Source: an uncultured Spirochaetota bacterium (GTDB taxonomy: Bacteria; Spirochaetota; Spirochaetia; SZUA-6; CAVTHK01). Taken from it: DNA of 64,000 nt. Within the stretch, counting starts at the first letter, position 1, and each line of letters begins with the position of its first letter. The DNA is taken from NCBI GenBank assembly GCA_963734495.1, contig CAVTHK010000015.1, forward strand, positions 75,370 through 139,369. The letters run 5' to 3'. Positions 56,473 through 64,000 of the stretch are shown one piece after another. The notes below the pieces were generated by a model, which made no database searches, was not told the origin of the DNA, and saw only the letters and a program-made list of their open reading frames with translations. Both the position numbers and the translations under genes were made by a program.

Positions 56473-58779
56473 TGCCCCTCCCTCGCGGCTTCCGTGCAGA
56501 AACTGGAGCACTTTCTCCGGCGTGAGGGGCGCGTCGAAAAACGCGGGCCGATCCGGGCGGTAGCTCCTCATAGCCTCCAGGAGCGCGAAGTAGACGGCGA
56601 TGCCGTACATCAGCGGCGGTTCGCCCACGGCCTTGGAGCCGCGCACGGCGTGGGGGTTGTCGGCTCCCTCGAGGAGCCTGATGTCGATGACGCCCGGCGC
56701 CGACTTGAGGTCAGGGACCTTGTACGTGCTGGTCGTTTCCGTGATGTTGCGCCCCTGACCGTCGAACAGCAGCTCCTCGAGGGTCATCCACCCGAGGCCC
56801 TGGACGATCCCGCCCTCGATCTGGGCGCGGTCGACCTCGGGCGCCAGGGACGAGCCCACGTCGTGCACGCAGCGCACGGCGTCGACGGCGTAGGTGCCGC
56901 GCAGGCAGTCCAGGGTGACCTCGACGATGGCCGTGCCGTAGGCATGGTAGGCGAACGGCCTGCCCCTGCCGGCCGACTTGTCGAACCAGATGTCCGGCGT
57001 GGCGTAGTGCGCGTGCTCTGAGAGGCTCACTCGTTCGCCGTACGCGATCGAGACGAGCCGCTCCCAGCGGAGGCCGGTCGCGCGGCCGCAGACCGTCACG
57101 CTTCCCCCTTCGAAGCCGATGGAGGCCGCCGACGGGTCTTGCCCCGCCCGCGCCTCGCGGCGCAGCGCGCCCTCCACCTGGAAGCGGTGAGCCGCCACCT
57201 GCGCGAGGCGGCCGCGGATGGCGTCGCACGCCATCTCCAGCGCCTTGCCGTTCAGGTCCGCGCCGCAGCTCGCGGCCGTGGCGGAGGTGTCGGCCACCCT
57301 GGTCGTGTTGGTGGCCTCCAGACGCACGAGCGCCGGCTCGACGCCGAACGAGCGCGCCGCGATGCGCCGCATCTTCTCGTTGACGCCCTGTCCCATCTCC
57401 ACCGCGCCCGTGCTCACCCCGATGCTCCCATCGGTGTACACGTGGACCAGCGCGCTCCCCTGGTTGAGCGTCGTGCTGGTAAACGAGATCCCGAAGCAGA
57501 CCGGCATGACCGCCGCGCCTTTCTTGACCAGGGGGTGCGCCGCGTTGTGCTCGGTCTGTCGCGCGGCCGTGGCCGCGAACCCGTAGGCCCGATCCGCCTC
57601 GGACCAGCACCGCCGCGCGCGGCAGCCATCCGCGGCCATCCCGTAGGGGAAGAGGTCTCCCTCCGAGAGCAGGTTCAGCTGCTGGATCTCGCGCCGCTCA
57701 CGCCCCGTCGCGACAGCGGCAGCGGCGATCGCCGCTTCGACCGCGAACATGGCCTGCGGCCCGCCGAAGCCGCGGAACGCCGTGAACGGCACGAGATTGG
57801 TGCGGCAGCTCGCAGCCTTGATCCGGACGTTCGGCACGTAATAGGAGCCCGTCGCGTGAAAGAGCGTGCGCTCGAGGATGGCGGTGCTCAGGTCCGCGCA
57901 CGCTCCGGCGTTCTGGTAGAAGGTGACCTCGTACGCGAGGATGCGGCCGTCCGCGGTCACGCCCATCCGGTAGTCCGTGGAATACGGGTGGCGCTTCCCG
58001 GTCATGCGCATGTCCTCGTGCCTGCGGAGCACGAGCTTGACCGGCCGTCCCGTGCGGACCGCGGCGAGCGCGGCCATCGCGGCCCACGCCGTCGCCTGGT
58101 CCTCCTTGCCCCCGAAGCCGCCGCCGAGGCGCGCCGTCTCGACCTCGACGTGGTTCATCGGGACGTCCAGGAGACGGGCGACGGCGCGCTGAACCGTCGT
58201 GGGCGCCTGGGTCGCCGACCAGATGCGCAGGTGTCTCCCCTCGCCGGGGATCGCCAGCGCCGCCTGCGTCTCCAGGTAGAAGTGCTCCTGGCCGCCGCTG
58301 TCGACGCGCCCCGACACGACCGCGGCGCACGACGCCCACGCCGCGTCGACGTCGCCGAGGACGAGCGTGCGCTCCGGCCCGATCAGCAGCCCGCGGGCGT
58401 GCGCCTCCCTCGGGTCGAGGACGGCGGGCAGCGGATCGATGCCGAGGTCGATGCGCGCCACGGCCGCGCGCGCCTCGCGGGCGCTTTCCGCCGCGACCAG
58501 GGCGACCGGCTCGCCGGCGTAGCAGACCTCGCCGGAGGCGAGCAGTGGCTCGTCGTCGAAAAGGGAGCCGACCTGGTTCTCGCCGGGGATCTCGGCCGCC
58601 GTGATCACGTCGACGACACCGGGCGCGGAGCGCGCCTCGGTCGTGTCCAGCCGCGCGATGCGGCCGTGGGCGGCCGGAGACGGGAGCACGGCTGCGTGCA
58701 GGAGACCCTCGGGATCGGGCAGATCGTCCACGAACAGCGAGGCCCCCCTGACATGGGCGTCATGGTCGGCGACGCTCAC
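56469..58779 (-). CDS. xdhB: Xanthine dehydrogenase molybdopterin-binding subunit
   Basis: QEHFYLETQ, RLGGGFGGKED, TGKRHP, ILERTLFH, TAFRGFGGPQ, FGISFT..LNQ, EMGQG, TAASCGADLNG, SKAVGEPPLM; read in frame into ygeY in this assembly. Confidence 0.92.
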
Positions 58780-60296
58780 GAGCAGGCCTCCAGCAGCGCC
58801 GCAGCGTCGACGGTGTCGGGAAAGAGAGCCGCGAGGTGCGCGACGATCAGGTTGCGCAGCGCGAGGCGCTTGTAGGCGGCGCTGCCGCGTACGTCGCTGA
58901 TGGGCGCGATGCCGGCCAGGGCCTCGGCGATCGCCCCGGCTGCGACGACGGTGTCGACCCTGCTGCCGGAAAGGCGACGGCCGAAGGCCTGCAGGAGCAG
59001 CGGCACAGGGGCGACGCCGCCGGCCGACAGGGCGACAGACGCCGGCGGGTTGCCTTCACCTTCGACACAGAGAGCGCTGTTCACGCTGGCTATGTCGAGG
59101 ATGCGGCGGCGCGAGACCTTCTCGAAGTGGAAGCGCAGGGGGCGGATCGGAAGAAGAATAGCCTCGACGGCTTCACCCGGCGACAGGTCGACTTCGCGAT
59201 AGCCCTTGAAGAACTCGCGCAGCGGAACTTCCCTGCGTCTGCGGCCGGAAGACAGGGCGAGTCGCGCGTCGAGGGCGAGCAGCATGATCGACAGGTCGCC
59301 GATCGGCGACGCGTTGACGAGGTTCCCCGCGACCGTGGCCTGGTTGCGGAGCGGGGTCGAGGCGACGAGCTTGAGGTCCTCGCTCAGCGATTGCGCGAGC
59401 GCGGGGAGGGCGCGGCGCGAGCTCGGGCGAGACGCGCAGCTCCTCGATCGTAGTCGCGGCGCCGATCACGAGGCGCCCCGTCGAGCGCGGATGCCGCGGG
59501 CACCGGGCAGATCGCGGGCAAGACGGAGGGTTGTCGCGGCCTCCAGGGCCGGCGCGTCCTGGACGAGGAGGTCGGTCGCCCCGCCCACGAGGGGTGCGTC
59601 GTGAACGCGGCCGGCTGACGGGCGACGCACGGAGCCGCGCGTCGAGCTGCGAGCCGGGCCGCGGGCCCCGACAGCAAAACGAGGCGACGCGAGCGTCGAT
59701 GCCGCGCGGCCGGTCGACGCCGGCAGGATGCCCCACTCGACGAGCTGCTCGCAGCGGCCGCGGCGCGGATCGAGCCGCCCGCGGTACCGCTCGGAGAGAA
59801 GGCGCGCGGCGCGCCGGATCGACACGTAGCCGGTGCAGCGGCAGATGTTGCCGTCGAGCGCGTCCACGGCGTCCTGCTCGGAGAGCGCGGCGCTGGAGCT
59901 GAAGAAGCCGGTGAGGGACATGACCACGCCCGGCGTGCAGAAGCCGCACTGGATCGCGTTCTGCGCGCACAGCTCCTTCTGGACGGGAGAGAGGCGTGTG
60001 CCGAGGCCCTCGACGGTGAGCACGTGCGCGCCGTGAAGCTGAGCGAGCGGGAGGAGGCACGACGCGGCGGCCCGGTAGACCACGCCGCCCGCCTCGAGGC
60101 GGCCGACCAGCACCGTGCAGGCGCCGCACTCGCCCTCGCGGCAGCCCTCTTTCGTGCCCCGCAGGCGCCGGTGATTGCGGACGAAGTCCAGGGCCGTGGT
60201 CCCCGGCGGCAGCTCGGTCTCGACCTCGGAATCGTTGAGGAGGAACCGGATCGCTCCGCCGGCACCGGCAGCCCCGCCAGGCGACTCCTTTTTCAC
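58776..60296 (-). CDS. xdhA: Xanthine dehydrogenase 2Fe-2S/FAD subunit (split by indels)
   Basis: GTKEGCREGECGACTV, QCGFCTPG, GNICRCTGY, GGATDL, RNQATVAGNLVNASPIGD, KVSRR..LDI, PISDVRGSAAYK; promoter TTGTCA-N17-GAGAAT at 60349-60377. Confidence 0.9.
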
Positions 60297-60426
60297 CGTT
60301 CCGCCTCCGGCGGCTTTTCTTGCGGGGTCCTGTCCGACCCGCGGGTTCATTCTCTCACCGCCGGTCGCGGCTGACAAGCGCGGGCGCGCGTATGGCGCGC
60401 CGCCGCACGCTGTCGCACGCCGTCGC

Positions 60427-62511
60427 CTATTCGGCGTCCATGGACCGGATCGCGTCCTCGAGGGCCTTGCGCTGCTCGAGCTCCTTCTGCCTGAGGGAGT
60501 CGATGCGGTCGCGCATCTGCGCAAGGTCGTTCTCCTGGCTGTCGAGCTGCGCGACATATCGCTTGTACAGTGCGGAATCCCGGTCGAGCCGGGCCATGTT
60601 CTCGCGCACGCGGGCCTGGTCCGCGGTGATCTGCTGCTGTTTCCGCTCTTCGTCCTGCCGCTGTGCGACGGTGTCCGCGAGCGCGGCCCTGCGCGCAGCG
60701 AGCGTCCGGAGCGCGTCCTTGACCTTGCCGCTGACTTCGCGCGCCTGGAGGTAGAAGGCGATCGTGTCGTCGGCTACCGAGCTCAGCAGCACGGTCTGGC
60801 TTACCGTGCGTTTCTGGGCCACCGTGAGCGATGCGCTGGCCGCGCCGCCGGCCGCCGCGGGCAGATGGACGGCGAAGCGGTAGGAGTCGCGGGTCCGTTC
60901 CTGCGCCTCCGGCGACACGAGGTCCCAGTTCGGATCGAGGGGGTGCTCGATCAGGAGGTCGCGCGGCTCGGCCGAGGTGCTCTTTACGGTGTACGCGCGC
61001 TCCTTGCGCTGCAGCCTCGTCGCGATGAGGGTGCCCCTCTGGATGCGGACGCTGAGCAGGTCCTCGGGCACGCTGCGCTCGGCGGCCGCGACCTCTGTCG
61101 CAAGGTCGACGGCGAAGCTGATCAGGCGCTCCGCGCCCGCGGGGAGGTCGTCGATCTGCGCGTCGCCGGCGTAGACGCCGCCGTCGAACACCGTGATGGG
61201 CCCGGCCATGAGGTCGACGCCGGCCGTGTTGCGCAGCTTTGCCCCGAGCAGAGGATGCTTCGCGAGGACCGACTGGTTGTAGATCGTGACGCGCGACGCC
61301 TCGATCTGCTTGTTGACGATCGGAAGCATCGCCGACTCGTGACGCGCAAGGGTGACGGGCCGGTCGATCGCGTACTGGAAGAAGCTCCCGACGTCCCCCG
61401 CCTGTGCAACGGCCTGGACACCCTGAGAGAGATCGAACCGCTCCTCGGGGGCGGGGGCGGCCATGGCCTCCGCGGCGGCGGATGAGCGTGCGGCGCCGGC
61501 TGCGGGAGGCAGCGCCGCACGCGGCGCGGCAAGCGCCTTGGGGGGCACCAGGTTCTGCTCGTAGCTCTGCGGCTCGACGGACGCATAGCCTTGCGCCTTG
61601 ACTTCGGGCCGCGGGACGTACAGCGGCTGATACAGGTCCATGATGAAGGAGATCGGGCGCCCCGCGATCAGGCTGATGCGGACGTCCTTCCAGTCTTCGT
61701 CAGTGGTGTTCTCGATTATGCCCCAACCCTGGAGCAGCGGCTGCTGCGCCGCGCCGCCGCCCTGGCCGGCCCGGTCCCCGAGCACCAGGCGGTAGCTGGT
61801 CTTCCAGACGGGGCTGGCGAGCAGGTAGCCCATGCGGACCCTGCGCCTGCCCTGCCCCGTGAACGCCACGCTCACGCGTCTCTTGTCGCGGTCGTGGCTC
61901 TGCGCGAGAAGCGAAAGCGCATCCCGCAGGTCGCGCTCGAGCCGTTCGTCGATGAACCTCAGGTACCTGACCGAAGAGAGCCGCAGGCTCGTGAGCCCCG
62001 TCTCCGTGAGGAGGTTCAGGTACGCCGCGGTGCGCCCCTCGGCTTCCGGCCGCTCTTCGACCCCCACGATCGTGCCGCTGTGCCGGTCGGGGGCGTGGAC
62101 CTCGACACCCTCGCCGCGCGCCTGAGTCAGGATCGCCGCGAGCCCGGGATCCTCCGTGAGGTCGATCGGGAAGCCTTTGAGCGACTTTTCCAGCGGGTCC
62201 TTCGAGGCGTACCGGACGCCCGCGATGGCACCGCCGTCGAGGTCCCGCACCACCATGCTCTTGAGCAGGTCGTTCACGTCCGATGCGGCAAAGAGGAAAT
62301 CGGCGTCCTGGTTGCCGTGGACTTCGCCGTCGCGCTCGTAGTACGTGACGCCGCTGGAGAAGAGAACCGCGCGGGAGAGCGGGAGATCCGCGCTCGGGGG
62401 CTCCTGGCCGGATTGGGGCGGCTGCGCCTCCGCGCGCCCGCCGGCAGTCGCGGGCAACGCGGCGGTGAGCGCCGCGAGCAGAGCCGGGAGAAAGCGTGAC
62501 CGTTGCATCAT
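60427..62511 (-). CDS. DUF4139-family exported protein
   Basis: Intact ORF; signal peptide ending AGGRAE; LFSSGV.YYER, NDLLKSM, PVWKTSYRL, LQGW.IIENT.DEDW, GRPISFIMDLY.PLY; C-terminal coiled coil. Confidence 0.8.
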   Translation of the reverse strand: MMQRSRFLPALLAALTAALPATAGGRAEAQPPQSGQEPPSADLPLSRAVLFSSGVTYYERDGEVHGNQDADFLFAASDVNDLLKSMVVRDLDGGAIAGVRYASKDPLEKSLKGFPIDLTEDPGLAAILTQARGEGVEVHAPDRHSGTIVGVEERPEAEGRTAAYLNLLTETGLTSLRLSSVRYLRFIDERLERDLRDALSLLAQSHDRDKRRVSVAFTGQGRRRVRMGYLLASPVWKTSYRLVLGDRAGQGGGAAQQPLLQGWGIIENTTDEDWKDVRISLIAGRPISFIMDLYQPLYVPRPEVKAQGYASVEPQSYEQNLVPPKALAAPRAALPPAAGAARSSAAAEAMAAPAPEERFDLSQGVQAVAQAGDVGSFFQYAIDRPVTLARHESAMLPIVNKQIEASRVTIYNQSVLAKHPLLGAKLRNTAGVDLMAGPITVFDGGVYAGDAQIDDLPAGAERLISFAVDLATEVAAAERSVPEDLLSVRIQRGTLIATRLQRKERAYTVKSTSAEPRDLLIEHPLDPNWDLVSPEAQERTRDSYRFAVHLPAAAGGAASASLTVAQKRTVSQTVLLSSVADDTIAFYLQAREVSGKVKDALRTLAARRAALADTVAQRQDEERKQQQITADQARVRENMARLDRDSALYKRYVAQLDSQENDLAQMRDRIDSLRQKELEQRKALEDAIRSMDAE

Positions 62512-62586
62512 GAGGGCAAGGCTATCCCGCTCGGGGCGCGCGCGCAAGGGCGCGGCTGCCGCCGCGGGTCGCGGCCCCCGCTGCCG

Positions 62587-63771
62587 TCAGCCCTGCGCGG
62601 AAGCAGCCAGCTTCCGGGCGGACGCGGCGATCGCCGCGGCATTCAGCAGCAGGACGCCCGAGACCGCAAGCACGAAGAAGAAGCCGTTGCGGAGGCCCCA
62701 CCTGTCCCCGATCCAGGCGAGCGCGAACGGGAATGAGAACGATCCGATGCCCCCCGCCGTCGTCACGATGCCGACCGCGGCGGGCGAGGCGAACATCTTT
62801 CCGACCATGGTCATGACGAGCGGGTAGATGCCGGAGAGGCCGAGGCCGAGCAGCAGGACGGCGGCCAGCGCCGTCGGCACGGACGGGGCGGCCAGCAGCG
62901 CGGCGAGGAAGACGACGGTGGCCGCGGCGAGGAGGAGCAGCGGTCTCTGCTGCCTGCTCCCGCGGTAGAGGAACGAGACCCCGAGCCTCCCGGCCAGCAG
63001 CCCGGTCCACAGCACGGCCAGCACCGACGCCCCCTGCTCCGCCGACGCGCCGAGCGTCCGCACGAACAGCAGGGGCGACCAGTTCGACACGCTGAGCTCG
63101 ATGCCGACGTACACGAGGATCGCGGATGCGTACAGAAAAAGCAGCCCGGGCCGACCGGCCGCCGCCCTCTCGCGGCGTTCGCCCCGGGCGGAGCTCGCTT
63201 CGGGGCGAACCGAGTCGAAGCGCATCAGGGCAAAGGCGACCGCCAGCAGGGCGAGCAGCACGCCCATCGCGACGAAGACGACGCGCCAGCCGACGCGCGA
63301 CTGCAGGAGGCCGGCGACGCCGAGCGGGCCGATGATGCCGCCGACGCAGAAGAACGCGTGCATCAGGTTCATGAGCCGGCTGCGCCCGTCCCGCTCGAGG
63401 CGGATCACGGAGTAGTTGGACACGACCTCGGTGCCGCCCTGGCCGAGGCCGATCGCGAGGTTGAGCGCCGTGTTCAGCACGATCGAGGGCGAGCGGGCGA
63501 AGAAGAAGAAGCTCGCGCTCTGCAGCAGGAGCGTCGCCGCGAGGACTCCCTTGGGGCCGAGCCGATGCAGCAGCAGGCCGGACGCGAAGGTCGAGAGGAA
63601 GTAGCCGATCGCGGCTGCCGCGAAGACGACGCCGGCCTCCGTGATGCTCCAGCCGTACTCCTCGATGACCCGGGGCCCCGCGGCCGCGAACAGGAACATC
63701 GACGCCCCGAAGGCGACGAAGTTGACCGACAGTCCGGCAAAAAGCGTCTTCTCGGCTTTGGTGAGCGCCAT
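62587..63771 (-). CDS. MFS transporter (FucP/TsgA-like)
   Basis: Intact 394 aa, about 12 TM segments; RLMNLMHAFFCVGGIIGP, YVGIE, GLLAGRL, GLGLSGIYP. Confidence 0.88.
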   Translation of the reverse strand: MALTKAEKTLFAGLSVNFVAFGASMFLFAAAGPRVIEEYGWSITEAGVVFAAAAIGYFLSTFASGLLLHRLGPKGVLAATLLLQSASFFFFARSPSIVLNTALNLAIGLGQGGTEVVSNYSVIRLERDGRSRLMNLMHAFFCVGGIIGPLGVAGLLQSRVGWRVVFVAMGVLLALLAVAFALMRFDSVRPEASSARGERRERAAAGRPGLLFLYASAILVYVGIELSVSNWSPLLFVRTLGASAEQGASVLAVLWTGLLAGRLGVSFLYRGSRQQRPLLLLAAATVVFLAALLAAPSVPTALAAVLLLGLGLSGIYPLVMTMVGKMFASPAAVGIVTTAGGIGSFSFPFALAWIGDRWGLRNGFFFVLAVSGVLLLNAAAIAASARKLAASAQG

Positions 63772-63800
63772 CTGATCTCCGGGTGTCGAGATAAAAAAAA

Positions 63801-63917
<117 letters not shown>

Positions 63918-64000
63918 ATTGAGTGTCTGTCTTGCCCCTGCCCCGCGGGCGGGCAGGCTTGTGCGGCGAGGCGCGAGCATGGTCCACGGGCCCCGCGTCG

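Overview
High-GC (about 70%) bacterial chromosome segment, most likely from a free-living Spirochaetia lineage. This rests on the gene orders spoVG-tRNA(Gln)-rplY-pth-tilS-ftsH and rplU-rpmA-obg-nadD-yqeK-LCP-rsfS and on spirochete-style PilZ and HD-GYP proteins. Many genes, including essential ones, are split across reading frames by single-base indels, which I read as long-read assembly errors rather than pseudogenes; coordinates of split genes are reconstructed and approximate. The left half is housekeeping: parC/parE, tRNA-fMet, c-di-GMP proteins, a rex-like gene with serC-serA, HtrA-like and FtsH proteases, and translation genes. The middle holds gltBD (with a sigma-54-type promoter), nifJ-type PFOR, an aminotransferase and nadE. 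The right part (about 42.7-60.3 kb) is a 10-gene minus-strand cluster resembling the anaerobic purine/urate catabolic cluster (xdhA-xdhB, ygeY, ygeW-like, ygfK, dpaL, second Mo-hydroxylase, ssnA, extra fold-type-II PLP enzyme, hydA), followed by DUF4139, an MFS transporter and a 5S rRNA gene. Best leads: the purine cluster with its extra PLP enzyme and two Mo-hydroxylases; a 136-aa, 70% Asp/Glu protein with its own promoter overlapping rsfS; a divergent Rex paralog heading serine biosynthesis with a Rex-like box; a sigma-54 promoter with paired upstream sites at gltB; a REP-like hairpin array; and repeated leaderless promoter geometry. No CRISPR array, transposase, integrase or prophage gene was seen.
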